Part shown: positions 9,969-19,360 of the stretch, one piece after another
Layout of the letters: every line of letters starts with the position of its first letter
How positions within the stretch are numbered: the first letter of the stretch is position 1
From: an uncultured archaeon
GTDB lineage: Archaea > Asgardarchaeota > Lokiarchaeia > Sigyniarchaeales > SOKP01
NCBI GenBank assembly: GCA_964493715.1
Contig: CAZBPC010000003.1
Coordinates: forward strand, 32,001 to 96,000
DNA: 64,000 nt
Direction of reading: 5' to 3'
Notes under the pieces: model-generated
What the model was told of the DNA's origin: nothing
The model's database searches: none
Seen by the model: only the letters and a program-made list of their open reading frames with translations
Position numbers and translations under genes: made by a program

Positions 9969-10655
9969 TTACTTGCGAGTCGCACGATTTAAGAAGATAT
10001 ATTCAAAAAAAATATGTCTCTTCATCAATACTTCATTTTTAAACCCATTTTGATCCAAAAATCTATAAAGCTCATCTAAATTTGTATTAGAGGAACACAT
10101 GTAATAGATATGGCACTTTTTTTGATTATTTAAATACATTTCCACTTGTGAGAAGAATTTAGAAAGGACTATTAGCCCATCGACTCCCCCATCCCATGAA
10201 TAATCAATTGTTCTTTTTTCAATACTTTTAATCGAAGGTAAATAAGGTGGATTAAAGAAAATTATATCAAAAGAGTTTTTCAAATTATTCGGAAAGGATT
10301 CAAATAAATTAGATTGAATATAATTTATTTTTTTTTTAATTTTATTTCTTTTTTCATTCATTTGAGCACATTTTATTGCATTTTGCAGAATATCTGCAGC
10401 GTATATTTGAGAGGGAAAGAGATTTAATGATGCTAAAAAAATTGCTATGATCCCTGTTCCTGTTCCTAAATCTAATATGTTTCTTATCTCTTTAATGGGA
10501 ATCTCATCAAACATTTCTTGAGAGATATTACTTTTTATAAAGTCTAAGAATAAATATGAATCATCTGAGGGAGAATAGACATCATCAAAAGGATTAATAA
10601 TTATAGGCTCACAAATCTTTTCTTTCATATTAATCACGTCAATTTGCATATTCAA
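9969..10655 (-). CDS. HemK2/Mtq2-family protein glutamine methyltransferase
   Basis: VYSPSDDSYL, LDLGTGTG, FNPPY, WDGGVDG. Confidence 0.9.
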   Translation of the reverse strand: MNMQIDVINMKEKICEPIIINPFDDVYSPSDDSYLFLDFIKSNISQEMFDEIPIKEIRNILDLGTGTGIIAIFLASLNLFPSQIYAADILQNAIKCAQMNEKRNKIKKKINYIQSNLFESFPNNLKNSFDIIFFNPPYLPSIKSIEKRTIDYSWDGGVDGLIVLSKFFSQVEMYLNNQKKCHIYYMCSSNTNLDELYRFLDQNGFKNEVLMKRHIFFEYIFLNRATRK

Positions 10656-11496
10656 AGAGAAGTTTACAAGTTGTAATTAATTCATCAATTTGAATATGAA
10701 AGAGTTTTTCATCTGAAATCGAATTGGATTTCAAAAAATTTAAAGTATCTGATTCGGACATTGTGAGTGATGATGTATTCTTAATATATAACTTCAAAGA
10801 ATTAGAAAATGTTTTATTCTTATAGGGAGTGATACCAGCGATAAATTCAATGAAGAATTTCCGTCTTGTTGGTTCTTTGAGAAATTCATTCAAGGTTGTT
10901 TTTGGTTTGATTTTTATAAGGGCTAAATCAATGTTTGGTATTGGATAAAAACATTTTCTTGAAATTTGATATTTATTCATAAGATCCATAAAAGCATTAA
11001 AAGTAACACCTAATCGGGAGAAATTTTTGTATATTTTAGTGTCTAAAATCCTCTGCGAGAGAGAATCTTCAATAATCATTATACCAACTGGACAATTTTC
11101 CTTATAAAAAAATTTTTCGAGTATTGGGCCTGTAATAGTATAAGGAATGTTTGAAATTATTTTATCATGAAGTGGAATATTGGTTTTTAGAACATCAGCA
11201 TTAATAATTTCAACATTTTTTGAAATTGAAAATTTATCTTTAAGGTATTGATAAAGTACCTTATCGATCTCATATGCATATACTTTTTTTGCTTTTTTCT
11301 CCAGCTCTGTAGTTAGTGCCCCTATACCGGCTCCTATTTCTAAGACTGTTTCCTCTTTGGAGATCTCAGCTTCATTTATCATTTTAATGAGTATATTTCT
11401 ATCAATCAAAAAATTTTGCCCGAGACTCTTATTCGGGATAACGCCGATTGTATTCAAAATAAGTCGAGTCTCTGCAAGATTCATTTTTTCATTCAT
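10639..11496 (-). CDS. rsmA: 16S rRNA m6,2A dimethyltransferase KsgA/Dim1
   Basis: LGQNFLID, LEIGAGIGALT, SNIPYTIT. Confidence 0.93.
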   Translation of the reverse strand: MNEKMNLAETRLILNTIGVIPNKSLGQNFLIDRNILIKMINEAEISKEETVLEIGAGIGALTTELEKKAKKVYAYEIDKVLYQYLKDKFSISKNVEIINADVLKTNIPLHDKIISNIPYTITGPILEKFFYKENCPVGIMIIEDSLSQRILDTKIYKNFSRLGVTFNAFMDLMNKYQISRKCFYPIPNIDLALIKIKPKTTLNEFLKEPTRRKFFIEFIAGITPYKNKTFSNSLKLYIKNTSSLTMSESDTLNFLKSNSISDEKLFHIQIDELITTCKLLFEYAN

Positions 11497-12148
11497 ATTT
11501 TTGCGTCTTAGAAAACAAGTAATATTTTACTCCTTCTCTTTGAAGTTCTTTAATTATTCTTTGAGCAATTAATTTTTTTGGATTTGATAAACTAGTGCGA
11601 TCAGATATATCTTGAAATGTTGTAAATTTTTGTCTGTTTCTTGCATTGAGGATCTCCCACATGTGTTTTTGTCCTATTCCAGGTAAAAGTTTTAATGCAT
11701 GCATTCGTGGTGTGATCGAAGTGGAATTATTGAAGAAATTAATGAATTCCTCTTCAAAATTTGATACTTCTTGTTCAAGTACTTGCTGAAGAAGTGCTTT
11801 TGAAGTGTTTGTTAAGTCGTTATAATCAATTTTTTTAATGACATCCCGAAGTTTATTCTGTCTCATAAATTCTTCGTAAGTAGCCTTTTCTTGTACTCTT
11901 ATTTCAGAATCTCTATTCATTTTCACTTCGTATAAAACAAAATCAGGGAATGTAATAACTTGCGCAATTGGTGTTTTTGACCAACTAGGTTTGTCTTCCT
12001 CTGGATGTCCATGGAGAAGTAAGTCTATAATAACAAGCTCTCTATATTTCTTGATAAATTGCTTTTTTTTCCCTTGATCTTTTCCTCGAAAGTCGGATTT
12101 TCGAGGTTTTCGTCTGGATCGATCTCGAGGTCTTTCCATAAGCACCAA
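11489..12148 (-). CDS. DUF655 putative RNA-binding protein
   Basis: FFNNSTSITPRMHALKLLPGIGQK HhH motif; conserved position between rpo4 and rsmA. Confidence 0.88.
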   Translation of the reverse strand: MVLMERPRDRSRRKPRKSDFRGKDQGKKKQFIKKYRELVIIDLLLHGHPEEDKPSWSKTPIAQVITFPDFVLYEVKMNRDSEIRVQEKATYEEFMRQNKLRDVIKKIDYNDLTNTSKALLQQVLEQEVSNFEEEFINFFNNSTSITPRMHALKLLPGIGQKHMWEILNARNRQKFTTFQDISDRTSLSNPKKLIAQRIIKELQREGVKYYLFSKTQKYE

Positions 12149-12311
12149 TTTTCTTGATATTTATTTTCCAGAGGAACATAATTAATTTTTATTTTTAATA
12201 TTCCTTGTCTTAGAATGATTCCTATCCTAAAAAGGAAATCTCATTAAATTTAATAATAACATGTATTTTAAATTCTTCGGGTTGGGAATTTCTATGTAAA
12301 TGTACCTAAAT

Positions 12312-12677
12312 TTAAACGGATATAAGTTCTTCCATTTGATAAAGGAGATCTTGTAGTTCATCTTCACTTAGAGATTTTCCAGCAACACTTTTTTCTAAAA
12401 TCATTCTTAATTCAGGAACCGTTCGTGGATAAATGTTTACGATATTTATTGCATAACTTTCTTCAATGTCATATTTATCCATTAAGAATTTTTGAAGTTT
12501 GGTTCCATCCTTTTCACTCATTTTAGCAAACTTGTTCACATAATTAAATGTAATTTCTTGAAAGTGAGAAATTCCTTCTTCCGTGTCAATTTGTTCAATT
12601 TTCTCCTTTACATTTTCCATAATTTTTTTTACTTCCGGTATTGAAACAGCTCTCTCCTTTATTTTACGCCCAGACAT
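12312..12677 (-). CDS. rpo4: RNA polymerase subunit Rpo4/RpoF
   Basis: VSIPEVKKIM, YVNKFAK, IVNIYPRTVPELRMIL; conserved synteny. Confidence 0.88.
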   Translation of the reverse strand: MSGRKIKERAVSIPEVKKIMENVKEKIEQIDTEEGISHFQEITFNYVNKFAKMSEKDGTKLQKFLMDKYDIEESYAINIVNIYPRTVPELRMILEKSVAGKSLSEDELQDLLYQMEELISV

Positions 12678-12700
12678 GATTAATCTTGTATCTAATGATT

Positions 12701-13009
12701 TTAATTTTTGATTGAAGAATTACTTAATCTAAGATGTTCTCTTCCCACTATTAGTAATTTTTTTGAATTGCCTAATTTCACTTGAATCTCAAAACATCTT
12801 CCCCTAAAACCCTTAATTGTTCCAGTTAAACCATGATATCTTCGATGAGGCATTCCACGCTTGTGTTGAGAGGGGTTTGTAATGATATCGACTTTATCAT
12901 TGACTTCAAATTCTAATAAATATTTATCTACGGAACCTATACCCTTATCTCTTACATTTTTTCGATGCCGATTTCGACACTTATTTCTATATCCTTTGTG
13001 TAAGACCAT
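12701..13009 (-). CDS. rpl21e: 50S ribosomal protein L21e (likely start ATG at 13009)
   Basis: KGYRNKCR, GMPHRRYHGLTG, REHLR; GGTGGGAG SD before the 13009 ATG. Confidence 0.93.
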   Translation of the reverse strand: MVLHKGYRNKCRNRHRKNVRDKGIGSVDKYLLEFEVNDKVDIITNPSQHKRGMPHRRYHGLTGTIKGFRGRCFEIQVKLGNSKKLLIVGREHLRLSNSSIKN

Positions 13010-13186
13010 TTTCTCCCACCTTACGACTCGATTCATTAGTTTTTGAGTAAAAGCGAGTGAATACCATACTACTTACCATCTAAACGTTCTGATGAATCGA
13101 TATCAGTTATGAGTTTCATAAATATTATAATTTAGTTAATATATGTATGATAGTATATTTATTTTGCGATTTTTAAAGTATTAAGT

Positions 13187-14551
13187 TCAAAGATCTATAT
13201 GGAGAACATCTAGTTCTTTACAAATGAGAGGAACACCAAATAATTCTGTAAAAGAGTTTTTTGTTCTTCCATTATCTCCATTAATCAATTCTTTTATGTA
13301 TGTGCCTCCTTGAGTTTTTATCGTAAATTCAAAAAGGTCTGATTTTAAATATCTTCCGTTTAATTCATAGATATACTTCGTCCTTACTTTATCTGCTCGT
13401 CGATGAGATACCCTTTCAGGTGTTCTTTGAGATAACTTCTTACCAACAAGCTGATTTTGTAAGAGATTTAAAAATTCAATAAATTGCGATTTATCAATTC
13501 TTTTTTCTGACTGTACAAGTGCCTTATATAGTTTTGTTGTGTTTTCGGCATTATTTTTAATTGATATGACTTGATTTTTATTACTAAATTGTAAATCGTG
13601 AATCATAACCTTCTTCCTTGTTGTTTTGTTCGCTTTCTTTTCAAGATTTTCCAGATTCAAGTCTCTTAATACAGGATTCTGTAATTCTAAAATAAAAGGG
13701 CGCCCTTCTCCTAACATTCTCACGTCTATATCTTCTCTTCCAGCACCGTGAAATTTGACTCCAGTCGATTTTGATGCTTTGATAAATTCAGGAATAATCA
13801 ATTCCTCAACACTCGTTTGGTGTTGCTTTCCTGTATAACTACAAAACTCACATCCCTTACCCTTACATCTTCTACAGTCCCAGTGAGTTTGCGGAATCCC
13901 TCTTATTAGTTTATTATACCTTCCATAGATGAATAGTGATCTCATTAGTAAATTGATTGAAAAAGAATCAAAATTTAGTGAAAAAATAATCGTAATATCT
14001 GGATTCGCAAAATCCGTAGTTTTATTAATCTGAGTTGATAATGATTTCCCCACTTCTCTATTAAAATGGCTCTTAAAAGACTCAGAGCCTAATATTTTAA
14101 ACCTAACCTTGAATTCATCCTCATTATTGATGATCTTACCATTCAAGTCTGTTCCTACTAAAAAACTCTCATACTCAAGATGTTCAAGCTTTTTAATTGC
14201 TTCTAGCGTGTATTTTGATAAATCCGAAAAAATATCATTACAAAGATAACAAGAAGGTTTAATTATCTCGCTCTCAAAATTTAATCCTTCTTTTTCCATA
14301 ACTTTTATAGCTGGAACAAATTTTGCTTTTTCAGCTAATAATCTTAATTGATTAATAGTCTCATCATTTTTCTCATTACTAGATAAATAAGTTTCGTGTA
14401 ATTGCATCGTGAGAGCTAGCAAGATAGAATTACCTCTTTCTAAATTAGTTGTATTTGTAGCAAAAAGAGAGAACATCCTACCTAAACAATGAGGACAAAT
14501 ATGATAATCGTGATAAATCTCTAAAACTTTCTCGTTTATTGACATGCTCAA
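13187..14551 (-). CDS. pus10: tRNA pseudouridine(54/55) synthase Pus10
   Basis: CPHCLGR, GRYNKLIRGIPQT, FHGAGREDIDVRMLG, GGTYIKELI. Confidence 0.95.
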   Translation of the reverse strand: MSMSINEKVLEIYHDYHICPHCLGRMFSLFATNTTNLERGNSILLALTMQLHETYLSSNEKNDETINQLRLLAEKAKFVPAIKVMEKEGLNFESEIIKPSCYLCNDIFSDLSKYTLEAIKKLEHLEYESFLVGTDLNGKIINNEDEFKVRFKILGSESFKSHFNREVGKSLSTQINKTTDFANPDITIIFSLNFDSFSINLLMRSLFIYGRYNKLIRGIPQTHWDCRRCKGKGCEFCSYTGKQHQTSVEELIIPEFIKASKSTGVKFHGAGREDIDVRMLGEGRPFILELQNPVLRDLNLENLEKKANKTTRKKVMIHDLQFSNKNQVISIKNNAENTTKLYKALVQSEKRIDKSQFIEFLNLLQNQLVGKKLSQRTPERVSHRRADKVRTKYIYELNGRYLKSDLFEFTIKTQGGTYIKELINGDNGRTKNSFTELFGVPLICKELDVLHIDL

Positions 14552-14627
14552 TTGATAAAAGAAAGCTTTCTTTTTTTTTTTTACTTTTTTTAAATAGAAA
14601 AAAAAAATGTAGATTTAAAGTCCTATA

Positions 14628-16052
14628 TTATTTTTTCTCCCAGTCATAATCCAATTTGACATATTTTCTAGTATAAAAGAATGCGATCAATAAGATAGCT
14701 GAGGAAATTGGACCAAATAGAATTAATCCAAGTGCAACCGATCCTCCAGTTAATGTTACCATAGGAAGACTTTCAATAGCTACTCCCAAACCAAAAACTC
14801 CAAATGCTTGAAAAAGATTTAATATAATACTATTAAATCCGGCATAGATTCCTGCTTTTAGTTGTCCTGTTTTTTGTTCATCATCTTGTGCAACATCCGC
14901 ATAGACTATATAAGGAAAGAGATACCACCCACCTAAACTTCCAGTACCAATAATTATAAAAATTATTCCTAGAAGCAACCTTGGGAAAGCGTCAATTAAA
15001 GCTAATAAAGAAACTGGCAAAGTAATCACAGCAAAAAGAAATATAATTAGTAAAGTTTTCTTTTTTCCACTTTTTTCTAATATTCTTCTCCAAAAGTATA
15101 AGAAAGAGAAAATGCCTATAAGTAAAAATCCAGCAATGATATAGAAGTCTAAACCACTTAGGAACAATGCTCCTTGAGTATAAGCTAATAAAGCATTATT
15201 TAGGATAGACCATGCTAAGCTTGAAATTCCAATCATCAGTGTAATTAAGAGATAGTTCCGATTTCTCAAAACTATTTTCAGATTTTCTTTTAATTTCGTT
15301 TTGATCTCAAATTTGGGTTCCGTGGGCATAAAAATTGCCACTAAAATAAAAGCAACAGTAGCAATTATCCCAAAAAGTATCACGAAAATCAAAAAATCCA
15401 TTGGTATGGGCGCATTAGGATTTAGGGGAATTGGTGGAGCTGGGGGATCAGGTTGAGGCGGTGATAAAATATTTACATAACTGGTAAGGACTAATATAGA
15501 TACTAAAGCCATTGAGCCATTTCCTATCCAATTAAAGTAATTTTGAAATTGGGACACCTTAGGGCGTTCAGAATTAATGAATTGTTCTGCCATCCAAGAT
15601 TGATAAACAGTAGTCAAAGAATAACTTATTTTAAATAGTATATCCCATATTAAAAACCAGATAAATAACATGGAAGTACTTTCAGGAGAAAGCTCATCAG
15701 AGGGTAATAGAACTAGATCTGGCAAAAATAAAGTGGGTAGAAATAAAAATATAAAAGAGATTCCTAATAGTGGAGCTAATATTATTATATAAGGTTTTCT
15801 CCTGCCCCATTTTGTATATTTCGCATCACTTATCCATCCAAAAAAAAATTGTCCAAAACCTATAACAATGAAGCCAATAGCTTGAGCCAAAGTAACTAAT
15901 AAAGCAGATAGACCAAAGCCATTATAATATAAGTTAAATAGAGCAAATCCCTCCAATCCTATTACTAATGAACTACCCACCCGTGGAAATGCAAATAGTA
16001 ACTTTTTTCTTGTATTTGATGATCCTATGAGGATTTCTGATGTTTCAGTCAT
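14628..16052 (-). CDS. MFS transporter, GPH/MelB-like
   Basis: GWISD..TKWGRRKPY motif A, ADVAQDDEQKTG..GIY; about 12 TM. Confidence 0.88.
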   Translation of the reverse strand: MTETSEILIGSSNTRKKLLFAFPRVGSSLVIGLEGFALFNLYYNGFGLSALLVTLAQAIGFIVIGFGQFFFGWISDAKYTKWGRRKPYIIILAPLLGISFIFLFLPTLFLPDLVLLPSDELSPESTSMLFIWFLIWDILFKISYSLTTVYQSWMAEQFINSERPKVSQFQNYFNWIGNGSMALVSILVLTSYVNILSPPQPDPPAPPIPLNPNAPIPMDFLIFVILFGIIATVAFILVAIFMPTEPKFEIKTKLKENLKIVLRNRNYLLITLMIGISSLAWSILNNALLAYTQGALFLSGLDFYIIAGFLLIGIFSFLYFWRRILEKSGKKKTLLIIFLFAVITLPVSLLALIDAFPRLLLGIIFIIIGTGSLGGWYLFPYIVYADVAQDDEQKTGQLKAGIYAGFNSIILNLFQAFGVFGLGVAIESLPMVTLTGGSVALGLILFGPISSAILLIAFFYTRKYVKLDYDWEKK

Positions 16053-16235
16053 ATTTTTTCCTTTTTTTATTTAGTTTTTTTTTAGTTAAAAATAATTTAA
16101 TATAAGTTATGTGAGAATTTTATTTAAGACTTTTTCGAAAAATAATTTACTATATATATAGAATAAATTATTTTTACTAAATTATTTCAAAGGAATAATT
16201 CCGTAAACGCTCAGATCGATGAAATTAGGAAATTA

Positions 16236-17204
16236 CTACTCCTCATCTTCATCCCATCCAAGATCCTTCAGAATGGACTCAAAAGCTTCAGATTCCTCAT
16301 CTAATACGAATTCAACCTCATATTCAGAAGCGGCTTCAAATTCACCATCAAAATTAGGAGGTGTTAATTCGTCAAAGGAAGGTAAAGTATTGGGTGATAT
16401 AGGTTCTTGATATATTGTAGGTTCATCTACAGATGCATCTTCTTCAATTTCCATGGGAGTGTAATCTTCAAGTGGAATTGGAGGAATTTCATCATCATAT
16501 ATTTTGAATTGAGAACCTAAATTCATTTGAGCTTGTTCATGGTGTTCGATTGCAACCCTATCGACATGTGGTCCACCAGTTTTCTCATATTCCATACCAA
16601 TGGATTTTGGGATTGATATAATGTTGCTATTAATGTTAGTTTCAAGTTCCGCCTCATCGATGCCCTCTTTTTCCCAAACATCTAAAAATCCAAGTAAATC
16701 ATCTAATGCCGCTTTATCTTGCTCTATAGACGGTTTAATTACTGATAATTCTTCTTCTATTTGGATCCCTAATTTTGCTTTTTCAGAAGCATCAAGAGAT
16801 AGTTTCATTTCAGTAACTTTATCCCCAGAAATCAAAAGGTTTAGTTTTTTTGCTAATTCACGCAGATAACCTAAGTAGTATCCGATTCTAAAAACATTTT
16901 TCAATCCACCAAACACGATATATTCATCGTTAATAGCTAAAAGAATGCTATAACCGAAAGTATTATGAAGAATTATCTCGGTAAGTGCTCCATGTGCAGT
17001 TGCTTCACTTAATCGTAAACCTAAATCTATTAAAGCCGTACTTGAAGCGGAAGTTGCATCAGCATCTAATTCAGATGATGTGGCAGAAGCAACTTTTATT
17101 CCTACTCTTGAAAGAACAGCTAAATTCTCTAAATCTGTTTTTTCTTCCTCAGCACGGAGGATATTCATCATATTTTCTCTTATATCTTGGGCTAGGGACG
17201 ACAT
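16236..17204 (-). CDS. Roadblock/LC7 domain protein with long acidic C-terminal tail
   Basis: N-terminal ~125 aa shows roadblock pattern (AVLSRVGIKVASA...GALTEIILH..GYSILLAI); D/E-rich tail. Confidence 0.75.
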   Translation of the reverse strand: MSSLAQDIRENMMNILRAEEEKTDLENLAVLSRVGIKVASATSSELDADATSASSTALIDLGLRLSEATAHGALTEIILHNTFGYSILLAINDEYIVFGGLKNVFRIGYYLGYLRELAKKLNLLISGDKVTEMKLSLDASEKAKLGIQIEEELSVIKPSIEQDKAALDDLLGFLDVWEKEGIDEAELETNINSNIISIPKSIGMEYEKTGGPHVDRVAIEHHEQAQMNLGSQFKIYDDEIPPIPLEDYTPMEIEEDASVDEPTIYQEPISPNTLPSFDELTPPNFDGEFEAASEYEVEFVLDEESEAFESILKDLGWDEDEE

Positions 17205-17298
17205 TTTTCTTCAAATATAGTAAAATATAATATCAATCGAGTAAACTAATATTTATTTATTAAAACATAGAATAAAGACTAATATATTTTGTCATGTT

Positions 17299-18018
17299 TC
17301 ATTTCAAAAAATTTATCAATGTCATTTGAGTAGAAGGAGGTTTTTCTATCTTTTTGAAGGAATATCCTGTTAATTGAGAAATCAATTCTTCGATTTTTTT
17401 TATAACTTCTGCTAATAACAAGTGTTCCGTATTGATCATTAAGATTTTTGTTTTATCTGTTTTTGATATCAAAAAATCATCATAATACGAAAGAATTTTG
17501 AGTAAATAATTTCTTTTATGTTCATTCCACTCCTTTCTTATTTCTTCTAAGGACCCTCGCTGGTAAATACGCTTTAAAATAGTATCTGGTTCAGCTGTAA
17601 GGTAAATTACGTAATCTTCTCTCCAATCTACTGAATTATACATGCTTAAAATGAGATCATAATCTTTACTCTTGAGATTTAGCGCTTTTGAGTATATCAA
17701 GACACAAATTGGAGTTCTATCAAGTATTATGATCCTTCCATTATATGATTTATCAAAATTAACAATATTCGTATTCCTACGAGTTAATTGCTGAAGGAAA
17801 TGAAATTCACTCCTAAATCCAATATTTTTATCACTAGATCCAAACGGAAAAGGCGGTTTTTTAATATAACGTTCTGGAAAGAATTTAAATTTATTATTAT
17901 CATTATATTTTTTTTTTAACATGTTAAACACAGTAGTTTTACCGACACCATGAGCTCCCGCTATCGAAATAACGATATTTGCTTTTTTTCCTTTATTTCG
18001 ATAGGTTCTTTTACCCAA
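17299..18018 (-). CDS. Deoxynucleoside/thymidylate kinase-like P-loop kinase
   Basis: ISIAGAHGVGKTT, PER, ILDRT, YLTAEPDTILKRIYQRG lid. Confidence 0.8.
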   Translation of the reverse strand: MGKRTYRNKGKKANIVISIAGAHGVGKTTVFNMLKKKYNDNNKFKFFPERYIKKPPFPFGSSDKNIGFRSEFHFLQQLTRRNTNIVNFDKSYNGRIIILDRTPICVLIYSKALNLKSKDYDLILSMYNSVDWREDYVIYLTAEPDTILKRIYQRGSLEEIRKEWNEHKRNYLLKILSYYDDFLISKTDKTKILMINTEHLLLAEVIKKIEELISQLTGYSFKKIEKPPSTQMTLINFLK

Positions 18019-18128
18019 AATTCATTACTCCAATCAGTTAAATGATTTAAAATTTCAATTATTAATAATACCACTAGAGATATGTAATTTTCTTATTATT
18101 AAAGTTGCATATTAAAGCATAAAGAGAA

Positions 18129-19208
18129 TCATAGAACTAAAGTGATATTGTTATAAATTATCAAGACAATTAAGATATCATATATAATACCCGCTATTAT
18201 GGTATTAAAGAGATTTCCATTGATTTCATAAATAATTCCTAACACACTAAATACCAAGAAGTTTATTAAAAAGAAATAGACTCCTGCCGGGAAAGTGAAA
18301 AAGAGAATGAGTCCAGAATAGGTTAAAGCGACTGTTAAAATAATTGTAATTCGTCCTGTAACTTTATTATCAAAATATTCTTTTAAAGCATTATGTAATA
18401 CACCCCGATAAACTATTTCAGTTGAAATAGTTCCTAAACATAATAGAATTATCAAGGGAATTATCCAAAGAATACCAGCATCCCTAATAAGTTGATTCTC
18501 TTCAATAATATAAGTTTTAATATCATAAATATTAATTCCAAGATCGTACGTAAAATCGATGATGATGTTTGACGATAAATCAATCAAAATCAAACATATA
18601 GCTCCTAAAATACCTATTAAGAAAGCTATAAAGATTTTGTTACTTTCAAAGTTTAACCCTATTTTTTTAAAATCATGCTTTTTAGAATAGATATACCATA
18701 TTGGATAGACCCCAAAAATGATAGTCGGTATTTGTTCCAAATATCGGGCTGCCATACTCGTTTCAATTGCTAGAGTAACAATCAAGATAATTATCAAAAA
18801 TCGGAGAAAAACGTAAAACATTAACGCATTTGTGAATATACTTATACCTTCACGAATTGTCCACACATCCTTTTTCACGGCGAATTTTTGTTCTGATACA
18901 AATTTTTTATTTGTAAATATTACTCCCGTCTTTCTTTGAGATTTTTCTTCAGATTCTGTTATAGGTTGTTTGATTGCTTTCTCTAATTTGGCATTACATA
19001 TAGGGCATTGTTCTAAGATTTGAGAGGTAATAATAGATCCACATCCGGGGCATATACGTGAAATCGATGGAGGTTTTTTAGATTGAGGTTTTATTAATTT
19101 CGCAACTAATTTCCCGCATTTTGGACAATAAACTTCCGAATCACTTACTTCGGTTCCACAATGAACACAATACTTAATTTTCTTTACAGTTTCTTTATCA
19201 TTAGACAT
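18129..19208 (-). CDS. Double zinc-ribbon + CPBP-like membrane protein
   Basis: CVHC/CPKC/CPGC/CPIC; TM domain with degenerate TEIVYRG motif. Confidence 0.75.
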   Translation of the reverse strand: MSNDKETVKKIKYCVHCGTEVSDSEVYCPKCGKLVAKLIKPQSKKPPSISRICPGCGSIITSQILEQCPICNAKLEKAIKQPITESEEKSQRKTGVIFTNKKFVSEQKFAVKKDVWTIREGISIFTNALMFYVFLRFLIIILIVTLAIETSMAARYLEQIPTIIFGVYPIWYIYSKKHDFKKIGLNFESNKIFIAFLIGILGAICLILIDLSSNIIIDFTYDLGINIYDIKTYIIEENQLIRDAGILWIIPLIILLCLGTISTEIVYRGVLHNALKEYFDNKVTGRITIILTVALTYSGLILFFTFPAGVYFFLINFLVFSVLGIIYEINGNLFNTIIAGIIYDILIVLIIYNNITLVL

Positions 19209-19360
19209 ATTAAATCATAGTTAATAGCTTATCTATATTAAATAATGATTATTATTGTTTCTTAGTACAATATGGAATCAATAATTTTATAGTTTATCAT
19301 TATCTTTGCTAGTTTATTAGGATGATAACCTATTATTTAGATCTTGATTTAAGTATGCTC

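Noticed and set aside
9969-14551. pus10-rpl21e-rpo4-DUF655-rsmA-hemK2 cluster as a novel system
   Set aside because: Well-known conserved archaeal gene order
14565-14610. Long T/A homopolymer tracts
   Set aside because: Consistent with an ordinary terminator/AT-rich spacer; not a repeat array
15405-15465. Pro-rich loop (SPPQPDPPAPPIPLNPNAPIP) in the MFS transporter as a profilin ligand
   Set aside because: By standard MFS topology it appears to be the TM5-6 outward-facing loop, and it has no long polyproline run
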